Assembly: GCA_041600575.1 (NCBI GenBank)
Contig: JBFIJV010000003.1
Span: 1 to 37,703 of the forward strand
Length of the DNA: 37,703 bases
From: Gammaproteobacteria bacterium
GTDB taxonomy: Bacteria; Pseudomonadota; Gammaproteobacteria; Eutrophobiales; Eutrophobiaceae
Reading direction: 5' to 3'
Shown: in pieces, positions 20,168 to 32,401 of the stretch
Numbering within the stretch: the first letter of the stretch is position 1
Layout: each line of letters opens with the position of its first letter
Notes under the pieces: model-generated
What the model saw: the letters and a program-made list of their open reading frames with translations, nothing else
The model's database searches: none
What the model was told of the DNA's origin: nothing
Program-made: the position numbers and the translations under genes

Positions 20168-20217
20168 ACTTATTAATAAACTAAAGTTTATCTGAAAACT
20201 TTAGTTTATTAATAAGT
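20168..20217. repeat. Perfect 22-bp AT-rich inverted repeat, 6-nt loop
   Basis: ACTTATTAATAAACTAAAGTTT-ATCTGA-AAACTTTAGTTTATTAATAAGT. Confidence 0.9.
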
Positions 20218-20265
20218 AATTGAAATATATAACTATTTAGTGTTTTACTGAATATTAAAGACTGT

Positions 20266-20742
20266 TTATTCTTTGTCTTTTTTTGTTGTGAAAGGTGATT
20301 TTGTTGCTGTTTTAAAGAAATTTTCTTGCATGGTTTTCCACATTTCCAGGTTTTTTTCGGTCATTTCAGTCATGGCAGAAATGGGATTAGTGCTGACTGC
20401 CGACTGTAGTTGATCCTGGAGTTGTTTTTGCTGTGTTACGAACAGATTGATACTCTTTTGCAAATAATCTCCCGCTACAGACTGAACTGAATCACCGTAA
20501 AAACGAATAATATGAGACAGAGCCTGAGTGGTAAAAAGCGGTTCACCATCGTCTTCCTGTTCGGTAATGATCTGTAACAGAATAGTGCGGGTGAGGTCTT
20601 CTTCAGATTTCACGTCCTTAACAATAAACTCTTTATTATTGAGTACTAACTGTTTGATATCTTCAAGAGTGATGTATTTGCTTTCTTCCGTGTCGTATAA
20701 ACGACGATTAGGATATTTTTTAATAATACGTTTGTCTTCCAT
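20266..20742 (-). CDS. phaR: Polyhydroxyalkanoate synthesis repressor
   Basis: IIKKYPNRRLYDTEESKYITLEDI, EDLTRTILLQIITEQE, IIRFYG. Confidence 0.95.
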   Translation of the reverse strand: MEDKRIIKKYPNRRLYDTEESKYITLEDIKQLVLNNKEFIVKDVKSEEDLTRTILLQIITEQEDDGEPLFTTQALSHIIRFYGDSVQSVAGDYLQKSINLFVTQQKQLQDQLQSAVSTNPISAMTEMTEKNLEMWKTMQENFFKTATKSPFTTKKDKE

Positions 20743-20911
20743 ATTTCAGTCCTGAATTAAGTAAAAAATTACTTGAAAAGTTCTTGTATAAATTGTCGTG
20801 AATGAAAACAGCATAAATTAAGCGATATACAACACCTATATTGTCATGATATGCCGTATACCGCTTATTTCATAGCCTATAAATATTATTGTGTAAAAAT
20901 ATTTGTGACGG

Positions 20912-22096
20912 TTATGTTCTTTCAACAGCCAAAGCAACACCTTGTCCACCACCTATGCATAGGGTGGCAAGTCCTTTTTTTGCATCGCTATGTTTCATTT
21001 CATGCAGTAACGTTACTAGAATTCGACAGCCTGATGCGCCTATTGGATGACCAATTGATATAGCACCACCGTTGATATTAACTTTCTTCGTATCCCAGCC
21101 TAAATCCCTGTTTACAGAGATAGCCTGAGCAGCAAATGCCTCATTGGCTTCAATCAAATCCAGCTCATCGACTGACCAACCGGCTTTTTTCAGACACAGC
21201 TTGCTGGCAGGTATTGGTCCGGTACCCATAATCGCAGGATCAACCCCGGCACTCGAATAAGACTTAATTGTTGCGAGTATTTCTAGTCCGAGTTCCTTCG
21301 CTTTGCTTTCAGACATAACTAATACGGCAGCCGCACCATCATTTAAGCCAGAGGCGTTTGCAGCAGTAACCGTACCTTCTTTATTAAAAGCAGGGCGCAT
21401 CCCTGAGATACTTTCAGCTGTAACGCCAGGTCTTGGAAATTCGTCTTTATTGAATACTATGGGGTCGCCTTTTCGCTGTGGAATTTCAATCGGTGTAATT
21501 TGTTCATCAAATTTCCCTGCGTTTTGAGCGGCTTCAGCTTTTTGTTGTGATGCTGCGGCAAACTCATCCTGCTCTTGTCGAGAGATATCATATTTTTTTG
21601 CAATATTCTCAGCCGTGACACCCATATGATAATCGTTAAATGCATCCCATAATCCATCTACTATCATTGAGTCCAACATCTTCCAGTCGCCCATTTTAGT
21701 ACCGTTTCTGGATTTGGGTAACACATGTGGAGATAGGCTCATGTTCTCTTGACCACCAGCGACAATAATATCAGCGTCACCACACTTGATGGCTTGTGCA
21801 GCCAAATGAACCGTCTTTAACCCGCTACCACAGACTTTATTAATCGTCATACAAGGTACGGTATAAGGAAGTCCGGCGAGAATGGCTGCTTGCCGTGCAG
21901 GATTTTGACCTGTACCGGCAGTAAGAACCTGTCCAAAAATAACTTCATCAACTTGTTCGGGTTTTATGCCAGCACGTTTTATGACGTCAGTTATAACCGC
22001 TGCACCCAAAGTATGTGCGGGTAAAGTAGCTAAAGAGCCACCAAAATTTCCGACCGCTGTTCTAACTGCTGCAACAATGACCACATTATCTGTCAT
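20912..22096 (-). CDS. phaA: Acetyl-CoA acetyltransferase (beta-ketothiolase)
   Basis: [42 protein letters not shown]; GGAGG SD before ATG 22096; adjacent to phaR. Confidence 0.92.
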   Translation of the reverse strand: MTDNVVIVAAVRTAVGNFGGSLATLPAHTLGAAVITDVIKRAGIKPEQVDEVIFGQVLTAGTGQNPARQAAILAGLPYTVPCMTINKVCGSGLKTVHLAAQAIKCGDADIIVAGGQENMSLSPHVLPKSRNGTKMGDWKMLDSMIVDGLWDAFNDYHMGVTAENIAKKYDISRQEQDEFAAASQQKAEAAQNAGKFDEQITPIEIPQRKGDPIVFNKDEFPRPGVTAESISGMRPAFNKEGTVTAANASGLNDGAAAVLVMSESKAKELGLEILATIKSYSSAGVDPAIMGTGPIPASKLCLKKAGWSVDELDLIEANEAFAAQAISVNRDLGWDTKKVNINGGAISIGHPIGASGCRILVTLLHEMKHSDAKKGLATLCIGGGQGVALAVERT

Positions 22097-22183
22097 TTCA
22101 GTGACCTCCATTAATTAAAGTAAACCGCATTAGAAATCACTGTCGTGTGAACAGTGATTTGAGAATCTTGCAATATTATTATT

Positions 22184-22200
22184 ATGTTGCGCCGCAACAT
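22184..22200. promoter_or_regulatory. PhaR-type operator upstream of phaA
   Basis: Dyad ATGTTGC-GCC-GCAACAT, same TGC-N3-GCA(A/G)CA pattern as the phaP boxes. Confidence 0.7.
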
Positions 22201-22354
22201 CGAACCATCAATATTATCAGATATCAATTATATGTGTCTAGTATGCCATGATATGGCTTTAACTTGATAAAACGATGTTTTATGGAGTGTCGCTTTTGAT
22301 CAGAAACTACTTGGTTTTTGGCTGTAATTTAGCTTTAAATTTGGAATATATTTA

Positions 22355-23791
<1,437 letters not shown>

Positions 23792-23808
23792 TTAATTACC
23801 AGTTTTGT

Positions 23809-25140
23809 TTAGAGATGTAATAGAAACCGAGCGGGATCTTCCAACTGTTGTTTTATAGACACCAGAAATTGTACAGCCTCGCGACCATCAATGATCCGAT
23901 GATCATATGACAGGGCCAGATACATCATTGGACGTATTACAATTTCACCATTTTCCACAACGGGCTTTTCCTTGATAGCATGCATTCCCAATATTGCACT
24001 TTGCGGGGGATTGATAATAGGGGTAGATAACAATGAACCAAAAATACCGCCGTTGGTAATCGTGAATGTACCACCGGTTAAATCATCCATTGTCAATTTT
24101 CCATCAATGGCTTTTTCACCAAAATTTCTGATTGCAGACTCTATGTTTGCGAGTGATAGCGAATCAGCATCTCGTACAATTGGCACGACAAGACCTCTGG
24201 GTGAACTAACAGCAATGCCAATATCGAAATAACCATGATAAATAATATCTTCGCCATCAACTGATGCATTAATAACCGGAAATTTTTTTAACGCTTCGAC
24301 AGCCGCACGGGTAAAGAAAGACATGAAACCAAGTTTAGTCCCATGCGTTTTTTCAAATTCGTCCTTATAGCGTTTTCGGATATCCATAACCGGCTGCATA
24401 TTTACTTCGTTGAAGGTTGTCAGGATGGCGTTTTCCTGCTGAGCGCTCAGCAATCTTTCTGCCACCCGTTTTCGTAGTCGTGTCATCGGTACTTTTTCTT
24501 CTGGTCTGTCACCAGAGCTACTCTTTAAGACAGGTACAGCCGCCGGCGCCGCAGGTTTACTTTCAGCTTTTGATGCTGGTTTTTGAGGTGCGGCCGTATT
24601 AGCAGCTGTTGGTATTTCGGTGACCACATTTGGTGCCGGAGCCGGTTCAGTGGTTTTAGTCGAACCACCTTCCAGGTGTCGTAGTACATCCTCTTTTGTA
24701 ATTCTATCTGTGCTTGTTTTGATGTCTGCGGCATCTAAATTATGTTCTTCCAACATGTTTCGAACAGCCGGACTTAATTTCAGAAACTCGGGCACAGGTT
24801 TATCAACATTTTTTAGATCCATCTCTGGTAGAGATTGTTGCTCTGGCTCCACTGTTGGTTTCGGCTCAGCTTTAGAATCTTTTGGCTCATCGGCAGCAGT
24901 GGTTTCTGTATCAATACGTGCAATGACTTCATCACTATTAACTGTTTCACCATCGTCTCTCAAGATTTCAGAAATGACACCGTCATTTAAAGCAGCCACC
25001 TCAAGCGTCACTTTATCGGTTTCAATATCTATAAGGTTATCACCACGCTTTACCTTATCGCCAACACGTTTCTGCCAGGTTAACAATGTAGCTTCAGCAA
25101 CAGACTCTGCCAAGACGGGGACTTTGATATCAACCAACAC
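23809..25140 (-). CDS. sucB: 2-oxoglutarate dehydrogenase E2 (dihydrolipoyl succinyltransferase)
   Basis: [10 protein letters not shown] lipoyl domain, E3-binding domain, [23 protein letters not shown]; GTG start with AGGAG SD. Confidence 0.97.
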   Translation of the reverse strand: MLVDIKVPVLAESVAEATLLTWQKRVGDKVKRGDNLIDIETDKVTLEVAALNDGVISEILRDDGETVNSDEVIARIDTETTAADEPKDSKAEPKPTVEPEQQSLPEMDLKNVDKPVPEFLKLSPAVRNMLEEHNLDAADIKTSTDRITKEDVLRHLEGGSTKTTEPAPAPNVVTEIPTAANTAAPQKPASKAESKPAAPAAVPVLKSSSGDRPEEKVPMTRLRKRVAERLLSAQQENAILTTFNEVNMQPVMDIRKRYKDEFEKTHGTKLGFMSFFTRAAVEALKKFPVINASVDGEDIIYHGYFDIGIAVSSPRGLVVPIVRDADSLSLANIESAIRNFGEKAIDGKLTMDDLTGGTFTITNGGIFGSLLSTPIINPPQSAILGMHAIKEKPVVENGEIVIRPMMYLALSYDHRIIDGREAVQFLVSIKQQLEDPARFLLHL

Positions 25141-25155
25141 GATCTTCTCCTTAAA

Positions 25156-28017
25156 TTATCTACGCAAAACTGCGTTAACTTGTTTATGAGTCGTTACTTC
25201 TAGTTTATCAATTTGTAACGCATCAGATATTAGTTCTTTTTGTTGAGCAAGGTGGACGGGCATTAAACCTGTCGCTGGTGAAGCGGAATAAAAACGTCCT
25301 GCGTAACCAAAGGTATGTTGATCTTTTAAACAACCAATCATTGTTCCGCGGGATTGCATATAGTACCAGGCGCCCTGATTCTTAGGCTCTTCTTGCACCC
25401 ATACAACTTCTTTTAGATTGTTGTATTGATCCATGATTTCTTTTAGCTCATCTCTTGGGAACGGATAGAGCTGTTCTATTCTCGCTATAGCAATGTTTTT
25501 AATTTCGCTTTCACGACGTTGTTCCAACAAATCAAAATAGACTTTACCACTGCAGAGTAACAGGCGTGTTACTTGATCTTTATCAATATCGTCAATTTCA
25601 TCAATCACTGTCTGGAATTTTCCGCTCACTAACTCTTCTAGAGGTGATGTTGATAATTTTCTTCTCAGCAAGCTTTTCGGACTCATAACGATTAGCGGTT
25701 TACGATAGGGTCGTAACATTTGTCTTCGTAGCATGTGAAACATTTGTGCAGGCGTACTTGGAAAACAGACTTGCATATTTTGTTCTGCACAGAGTTGTAA
25801 GTAACGTTCGAGGCGTGCCGATGAATGTTCCGGTCCCTGTCCATCATAACTATGCGGCAGGAATACTGTTAAGCCACAAAAACGTGCCCATTTGGCCTCG
25901 CAAGAACTGATGAATTGATCAAAGACCACCTGTGCACCATTAGCGAAGTCACCAAACTGTGCTTCCCATAAAACCAGCGCATTCGGTTCGGCACTACTGT
26001 ACCCATATTCATAAGCAAGTACGGCCTCTTCAGATAGTGTCGAATTGATAACCAGAAAATTCGCTTGGCCATCTTTTATATGTTGCAGAGGCATGTAAGT
26101 TCGACCATCTTTCATGTTATGGACAATAGCGTGTCGGTGGAAGAATGTTCCGCGACCGCTGTCTTGTCCTGATATACGAATAGGATAGCCATCATCGATC
26201 AAGGATGCATAGGCCATGGTTTCTGCGTAACCCCAATCCATCAGCAGTTCGCCGCTGCCCATTTGTTTGCGGGATTCCATAATCTTTGCGACCGCGGGGC
26301 TTAATTCAAAATCATTAGGAATGGCTGTTATTAAGGCGGTCAATCTTTCAACTGAAGCTTGACTGATATTGGTTTCAACCGGGTGTGTCCATACTGTGCC
26401 TATATAGCGAGTAAAATTGAGTAAATATTTCGGGTTTGCGTGCTCGGCATAAGTGCCAGCAACACCGAGGTTACTTTCCAGTGACTCAATGTATTCTTCA
26501 GCGATAGCATCTGCTTGTTCCTGGGTAATGATTCCTTCTGCTATTAATTTGTCTGTGTGTAGCTTACGAACACCGGGATGTTGTCGAACCTGTTTATACA
26601 TGATCGGCTGGGTCGTCATCGGTTCATCGGCTTCGCTGTGCCCATGTTTACGATAACAAACCATATCCACGACCACGTCTTTGTTAAATTCCATCCTGAA
26701 ATCAAGTGCCAGCTTGGTGACAAACACAACAGCTTCCGGATCATCACCGTTAACATGAAAGATCGGTGCCTGAACCATCTTTGCCACATCTGTACAATAC
26801 AATGATGAACGGGAATCAAGCGGGTCACTGGTGGTGAATCCGATCTGATTATTGATGATAATGTGTAAGGTGCCGCCGGTTGAATAACCACGTGTCTGGG
26901 ACAGGTTGAAGGTTTCCATAATGACACCTTGACCGGCAAAGGCCGCATCACCATGTATCAATATAGGTAATACTTCATTGTGATCATAATCTGCACGTCG
27001 GTCTTGTCTTGCCCTGACCGAACCTTCAACCACGGGGTCTATAATTTCCAGGTGTGAAGGGTTAAATGAGAGTGTTAGATGAACACTACCCCCGGGGGTA
27101 CTGATGTCAGACGAATAACCCATATGATATTTTACATCGCCCGAGCCGGTGATGGATTCCATGGTCTTGCCTTCAAATTCGTCAAACAATTCGCTCGGCT
27201 TTTTCCCAATGGCGTTCACCAGGACATTCAGACGACCACGGTGAGCCATGCCAATAACCATTTCTTCTATATTTTGTGTTCCGCCAGCCTGGATAATTTC
27301 ATCCAGTAGTGGAATAAGCGATTCACCGCCTTCAAGTGAAAAGCGTTTTTGACCAACATATTTAGTATGTAAATACTCTTCTAATGCATTGGCATCAATA
27401 ACACGATCCAGTATTCGTATGCGTTTTTCTTTATCAAAATTTGGTGTGGCCAAAGGCTCTTCAAGACGTTTTTGAATCCAGCGTTTTTGTTCGGTTTCAT
27501 TGATGTGCATATATTCCGCACCAATAGAACCGCAATAAGTTTTTTTGATAATGTGAATGATCTCACGCAGCGTGATTTCATCTGCCGCGAACAAGGAACC
27601 AGTATTAAAGGTTTTATCCATGTCTTCTTCAGTAAGGCCATGAAAAGCTGGATCGAGCTCTGGTATGTTGGGACGTTGATATTGTTTCAGTGGATCAAGG
27701 TCGCTCTGTCGGTGTCCATTAAAACGATGCGCATTAATTAACTGTAAAACGGCCGTTTGTTTCTGGTGTGTGACCGCATCAGCAGCAGGTGCCTGGATTA
27801 CCATAGCACTGTGGCGATGGTGCTGTGCCGCGCTAGCATAGGCCTGCTGAATGGGGCTGTGGGCAATATCTGTTCCTGAACCGCCAGCTTGAAGCGAATC
27901 AAAATAAGTACGCCATTCCGGTTCGATGCTCTTCGGATGTTTGAGATATGCCTCGTATAATTCTTCTACAAACCAGGCATTACCACTGTATAAGCACGAG
28001 GGTATCGTGTTTTTCAT
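25156..28017 (-). CDS. sucA: 2-oxoglutarate dehydrogenase E1
   Basis: GQKRFSLEGGE, GMAHRGRLNVL, GDVKYHMG, HGDAAFAGQG, WEAQFGDFANGAQ, GPEHSSARLER. Confidence 0.98.
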   Translation of the reverse strand: MKNTIPSCLYSGNAWFVEELYEAYLKHPKSIEPEWRTYFDSLQAGGSGTDIAHSPIQQAYASAAQHHRHSAMVIQAPAADAVTHQKQTAVLQLINAHRFNGHRQSDLDPLKQYQRPNIPELDPAFHGLTEEDMDKTFNTGSLFAADEITLREIIHIIKKTYCGSIGAEYMHINETEQKRWIQKRLEEPLATPNFDKEKRIRILDRVIDANALEEYLHTKYVGQKRFSLEGGESLIPLLDEIIQAGGTQNIEEMVIGMAHRGRLNVLVNAIGKKPSELFDEFEGKTMESITGSGDVKYHMGYSSDISTPGGSVHLTLSFNPSHLEIIDPVVEGSVRARQDRRADYDHNEVLPILIHGDAAFAGQGVIMETFNLSQTRGYSTGGTLHIIINNQIGFTTSDPLDSRSSLYCTDVAKMVQAPIFHVNGDDPEAVVFVTKLALDFRMEFNKDVVVDMVCYRKHGHSEADEPMTTQPIMYKQVRQHPGVRKLHTDKLIAEGIITQEQADAIAEEYIESLESNLGVAGTYAEHANPKYLLNFTRYIGTVWTHPVETNISQASVERLTALITAIPNDFELSPAVAKIMESRKQMGSGELLMDWGYAETMAYASLIDDGYPIRISGQDSGRGTFFHRHAIVHNMKDGRTYMPLQHIKDGQANFLVINSTLSEEAVLAYEYGYSSAEPNALVLWEAQFGDFANGAQVVFDQFISSCEAKWARFCGLTVFLPHSYDGQGPEHSSARLERYLQLCAEQNMQVCFPSTPAQMFHMLRRQMLRPYRKPLIVMSPKSLLRRKLSTSPLEELVSGKFQTVIDEIDDIDKDQVTRLLLCSGKVYFDLLEQRRESEIKNIAIARIEQLYPFPRDELKEIMDQYNNLKEVVWVQEEPKNQGAWYYMQSRGTMIGCLKDQHTFGYAGRFYSASPATGLMPVHLAQQKELISDALQIDKLEVTTHKQVNAVLRR

Positions 28018-28329
28018 GCTTTAAATTCCTTACAATTTTTATTATGTTTCTCTCTGGATCAAGCCAGGTTTGCACAGAGCCCCAGAAAAAATCTTCACAC
28101 TACGTCAGATAAGTATAATCAAAATAGATATCACGCCTAACTATAAGATTTCCTGAATATAATTCCTATAGTTTTAAACTACTTTATAAATTAACTGATG
28201 CAATATTTGTGCACAAATCATTATATGCCATTATAGACGATCTTGCTGCAATGCCATAAAGGCCTGTATGCTTATGCAATTTTAAAATATACCTACAAAT
28301 AATAAGACAATAAATTAGGGAGAAGCTTA

Positions 28330-29625
28330 ATGGCTGATACAGTCACTATCACTGATAATCGTAACGGTAAACAGGTCGAATGTCCCATTTTGACCGGTGT
28401 CTACGGTGCGCCAGTAATCGATACAAAATCGCTCTATAAAGAATTGGAGATGTTCACTTTTGATCCGGGTTTCACGACTACCGCGGCTTGCAAAAGTGCT
28501 ATTACTTATCTGGATGGTGAACAAGGTATCTTGCTCCACCGAGGGTATTCTATTGATCAACTTGCACAAAACAGTTCCTATCTCGAAGTTTGTTACTTGT
28601 TGTTATACGGTGAGCTTCCAACACAAACTCAATTTGATGGCTTTCGTGCAAATCTGAATAAACGCAACATGGTGCATGAGCATCTGGAACGTTTCTATAC
28701 CGGCTACCTCTATGACGCTCATCCGATGTCCATGTTGATTGGTGTGACGGGCGCTTTATCATCTTATTATCACGAGGCCATGGATATTCATGATCCGCTG
28801 GATCGTGAATTAACAGCTATTCGTGTTATCGCCAAGATGCCTATATTGGCCTCACATTGTTATAAACATTCCGTTGGTCATCCGTTTGTCTACTCCAGAG
28901 ACGACCTTGGCTATGTTGAAAATTTCCTCAATATGATGTTTTCAGTGCCTATGCGTGAATATGTGCCTAATCCTATTGCGGTTAAAGCGCTTAATTTAAT
29001 GCTTATTTTGCATGCAGATCATGAACAGAACGCATCAACTTCAACGGTCAGACTGGCAGGTAGTGCTGAAGCTAACCCGTTTGCCTGTATTACAGCTGGT
29101 ATTGTGACCTTGTGGGGAAGTGCTCATGGTGGCGCAAATGAAGCCGTGTTGAAGATGTTGGCCGAAATTGAAACTCCCGAAAACATACCAAAATTTATCG
29201 AACGTGCTAAAGATAAAAACGATACGTTTAAATTAATGGGTTTTGGTCATCGTGTTTATAAAAACTATGATCCCCGTGCGACGATTATTCGCCAGGTTTG
29301 TCACGACCTTTTGAAAGAAGTAGATACAGTTGATCAACCCCTGTTTGATATTGCGATGGAACTTGAAGAAATTGCACTAAAAGATGATTACTTTATTGAA
29401 CGTAAACTGTATCCAAATGTAGATTTCTATTCTGGTATTATTCTTAAGGCGCTTGGTATCCCAACCTCCATGTATACCGTAATGTTTGCTCTGGCCCGAT
29501 CAGTGGGTTGGATCGCGCAATGGTTGGAAATGATGGAAGACCCGGATTTCAAGATAGGTCGTCCAAGACAGCTCTACATTGGTCAGGAAAAACGTGAATA
29601 TGTCCCAATTGATAAACGTAAGTAA
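28330..29625 (+). CDS. gltA: Citrate synthase (type II, Gram-negative)
   Basis: [65 protein letters not shown]. Confidence 0.98.
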   Translation: MADTVTITDNRNGKQVECPILTGVYGAPVIDTKSLYKELEMFTFDPGFTTTAACKSAITYLDGEQGILLHRGYSIDQLAQNSSYLEVCYLLLYGELPTQTQFDGFRANLNKRNMVHEHLERFYTGYLYDAHPMSMLIGVTGALSSYYHEAMDIHDPLDRELTAIRVIAKMPILASHCYKHSVGHPFVYSRDDLGYVENFLNMMFSVPMREYVPNPIAVKALNLMLILHADHEQNASTSTVRLAGSAEANPFACITAGIVTLWGSAHGGANEAVLKMLAEIETPENIPKFIERAKDKNDTFKLMGFGHRVYKNYDPRATIIRQVCHDLLKEVDTVDQPLFDIAMELEEIALKDDYFIERKLYPNVDFYSGIILKALGIPTSMYTVMFALARSVGWIAQWLEMMEDPDFKIGRPRQLYIGQEKREYVPIDKRK

Positions 29626-29666
29626 TCAATTATTAAAATGAAAACCTTAGAAGGAGAATTAAAAGA

Positions 29667-30647
29667 ATGAAACCCCCTGTTCGTGTTGCAGTCACAGGTG
29701 CTGCTGGCCAGATTGGTTATTCACTGTTGTTCCGAATTGCTTCCGGGCAAATGCTTGGACCGGATCAACCTGTTATTTTGCAGCTGTTGGAAGTCACGCC
29801 AGCCATGAAGGCACTGGAAGGTGTAGTAATGGAAATTGATGACTGTGCTTTCCCACTCTCTGCCGGTTTTGTGTTGACAGATGATGCTAATACCGCGTTT
29901 AAAGATGCTGATTACGCATTATTGGTTGGTGCTAAACCACGTGGACCAGGTATGGAACGCAGCGATTTACTTGAAGCCAATGGCGGAATATTTAAAATCC
30001 AGGGGCAAGCATTAAATGCTAATGCAAGTCGCGATGTGAAAGTATTAGTTGTCGGTAATCCTGCAAATACTAACGCACATACAGCAAAGGTGAGTGCGCC
30101 GGATTTAAATCCACGTAACTTTACCGCAATGACTCGCCTTGACCATAATCGTGCATTAGCCCAGCTCGCAGCCAAGACAGGTACAGCTGTTAGCGAAATT
30201 AAAAAGATGACGATTTGGGGTAATCATTCAACAACGCAATATCCTGATATTTCTAACGCAACTGTTGCAGGTAAAGCTGCCAAAGACATGGTCGATTTTG
30301 ATTGGTATAAAGATCAGTATATCCCACGTGTTGCTAAACGCGGTGCAGAGATCATTGATGCACGTGGTGCCTCCAGTGCTGCATCTGCAGCCAATGGTGC
30401 GGTTGATCATATTCGTGATTGGGTATTGGGAACACCTGCAGATGATTGGGTCAGCATGGGTGTCCCTAGTGATGGTAGTTACGGTATTCCAGAAGGGTTG
30501 GTTTATTCTTTTCCTGTGACTTGTAAAGATGGTGACTATTCAATCGTTCAAGGTTTAGAAATTAATGAATTTAGTCAATCAATGATGGACGCTACACAAA
30601 AGGAATTGGAAGAAGAAAGAGACGCTGTAGCAAAAATTCTTGATTAA
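29667..30647 (+). CDS. mdh: Malate dehydrogenase (cytosolic-type family)
   Basis: [55 protein letters not shown]. Confidence 0.97.
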   Translation: MKPPVRVAVTGAAGQIGYSLLFRIASGQMLGPDQPVILQLLEVTPAMKALEGVVMEIDDCAFPLSAGFVLTDDANTAFKDADYALLVGAKPRGPGMERSDLLEANGGIFKIQGQALNANASRDVKVLVVGNPANTNAHTAKVSAPDLNPRNFTAMTRLDHNRALAQLAAKTGTAVSEIKKMTIWGNHSTTQYPDISNATVAGKAAKDMVDFDWYKDQYIPRVAKRGAEIIDARGASSAASAANGAVDHIRDWVLGTPADDWVSMGVPSDGSYGIPEGLVYSFPVTCKDGDYSIVQGLEINEFSQSMMDATQKELEEERDAVAKILD

Positions 30648-30667
30648 TTAATACTTCGTTATTAGCT

Positions 30668-30697
30668 ATAAAAAGGCCGCTTCTGCGGCCTTTTTAT
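30668..30697. terminator. Bidirectional rho-independent terminator (mdh / HAD gene)
   Basis: ATAAAAAGGCCGC-TTCT-GCGGCCTTTTTAT between convergent stop codons. Confidence 0.92.
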
Positions 30698-31350
30698 TAT
30701 CTCAAACTGATAATTGACCAACCATTTCTTTCAGCTTCTGCTCTTAATGTTTCATCCGGGTCAACTGCGATAGCATGATCCACCCCCTTTAGCAGGGGAA
30801 TATCATTATGAGAATCGCTATAAAACCAAATCTCTTCGGGCTCATGGTTTAATTTCCTTAACCACTCATTAAAGCGTATGACTTTGCCCTCGGCAAAAGA
30901 AGGCGTGCCAATAATTTCACCTGTGTATTGACCATCGATTAACTCAGGCTCACAGGCGATCAAGTGTTCAATATTTAAATCATCCGCAATAGGTTGAGTA
31001 ATAAATCGATTGGTGGCGGTTATGATTAATAGCTCATGCCCTTGCTGGCGATGATCTTCAATAAGTTCTATGGCTTTAGGTAGAATGACCGGTTTAATTT
31101 TTTCTTCAATATAGACTTTTCTCCATCCTTCCAATTGTTCACGATCATTATCGGCCAGTGCTTTCAATTGAAATTTGAGAAATGCAGTTATATCAAGCTC
31201 GCCATTTAAGTAGTCCGCGTAATATTTTTCATGTCCCGCCTGGTAGGCATCAGAATCGACATAGCCCTGTTCGCTGAGGAATTCTCCCCATAGACAATCA
31301 CTGTCACCGGCAATTAAGGTGTTATCAAGATCAAATATAGCGAGTTTCAT
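30697..31350 (-). CDS. HAD-IB family phosphatase (possibly histidinol-phosphatase)
   Basis: FDLDNTLIAGDSD, ITATNRF, GKV, FYSDSHNDIPLL; divergent from rppH as in Pseudomonas. Confidence 0.88.
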   Translation of the reverse strand: MKLAIFDLDNTLIAGDSDCLWGEFLSEQGYVDSDAYQAGHEKYYADYLNGELDITAFLKFQLKALADNDREQLEGWRKVYIEEKIKPVILPKAIELIEDHRQQGHELLIITATNRFITQPIADDLNIEHLIACEPELIDGQYTGEIIGTPSFAEGKVIRFNEWLRKLNHEPEEIWFYSDSHNDIPLLKGVDHAIAVDPDETLRAEAERNGWSIISLR

Positions 31351-31476
31351 GTTATTGAATATTAAGCGATTTAATAAAAGCGGCTAGTTTAGAAGTTATT
31401 TCAGATAAGGCAAATGGTTTGATTGTTTTGTTCTATTATTGGAGAATTAAAGCATGAACATAATTGGACTAGCACG

Positions 31477-31968
31477 GTGATTGACTCGGAAGGCTTCAGA
31501 GCTAACGTTGGCATCATACTGACAAATGACGAGGGGCGGGTCTTTTGGGCGCGGCGCATGGGCATGGAAGCGTGGCAATTTCCTCAAGGCGGCATCAAAA
31601 AAGACGAATCACCCGAATTAGCCATGTATCGTGAGTTGAAGGAAGAAACCGGTTTAGACGAAGAACATGTTGAGATAATGGGTTCTACCGATGACTGGTT
31701 AAAATATTGGCTGCCGAAGCGGTTTATTCGACACAACACCTATCCTTTATGCATCGGCCAGAAACAAATCTGGTATTTACTCAAGCTCGTTGCTGATGAA
31801 AGTTATGTAAATCTTACCCATTCTGATGAACCGGAATTCGATATATGGAAATGGGTCGATCTATGGGATCCCATTGAAGAAGTTGTTTCTTTCAAGCGCA
31901 ATGTCTATGAACAGGCAATAAAACAATTTGAACCGTTTATTTCAGCAGGATTTGGGCGTCGTTTCTAG
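31477..31968 (+). CDS. rppH: RNA pyrophosphohydrolase
   Basis: GTG start gives [14 protein letters not shown]; WQFPQGGI...[12 protein letters not shown] Nudix box, [20 protein letters not shown]. Confidence 0.95.
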   Translation: MIDSEGFRANVGIILTNDEGRVFWARRMGMEAWQFPQGGIKKDESPELAMYRELKEETGLDEEHVEIMGSTDDWLKYWLPKRFIRHNTYPLCIGQKQIWYLLKLVADESYVNLTHSDEPEFDIWKWVDLWDPIEEVVSFKRNVYEQAIKQFEPFISAGFGRRF

Positions 31969-31977
31969 AGATTCGAG

Positions 31978-32355
31978 CTATTGTTGGCTTTGCATCGCCT
32001 TATAACGCATTACATTAGACAATAATTTATTTGCTGACTTATTGCTGATACTACTGACAAAGCGCTTCATTGCTTCTGGTGCATAGTTCTTTGTTACAAA
32101 AAAATCGTAGAGACTTTCAAGATGAGGGGCACACTCTTTCATTGCATGGTCAGCGATAACTCTGGTGTCAGCTTGAAGTTGAAGCTGGCTGATGGCGAAT
32201 TCATTCAGACATTCGTTATATTCGGCTGACGATTCCCTGACCTTTTGATATTCTTCCTGAGTCATCTGCCCGGATGTTTTATATTCTGCATAGGCATTAA
32301 TACTAAAAAGAATAATCAAGGGCGCCAGGCAGAGAGCGATTTTAGAATGCATCAT
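31978..32355 (-). CDS. Hypothetical exported helical protein
   Basis: Signal peptide ending AYA|EY, GAGG SD, two Cys in the mature part; no family recognised. Confidence 0.7.
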   Translation of the reverse strand: MMHSKIALCLAPLIILFSINAYAEYKTSGQMTQEEYQKVRESSAEYNECLNEFAISQLQLQADTRVIADHAMKECAPHLESLYDFFVTKNYAPEAMKRFVSSISNKSANKLLSNVMRYKAMQSQQ

Positions 32356-32401
32356 ATTTCCTCATCAGATAATTTATTTTCATAATAAGAACAACAATAA
32401 C

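Noticed and set aside
24620-25189. 189-aa plus-strand ORF
   Set aside because: Antisense to sucB and the sucA end, low complexity, no recognisable motif.
31423-31476. N-terminal extension of RppH from TTG 31423
   Set aside because: Family similarity starts at GTG 31477 (MIDSEGFR).
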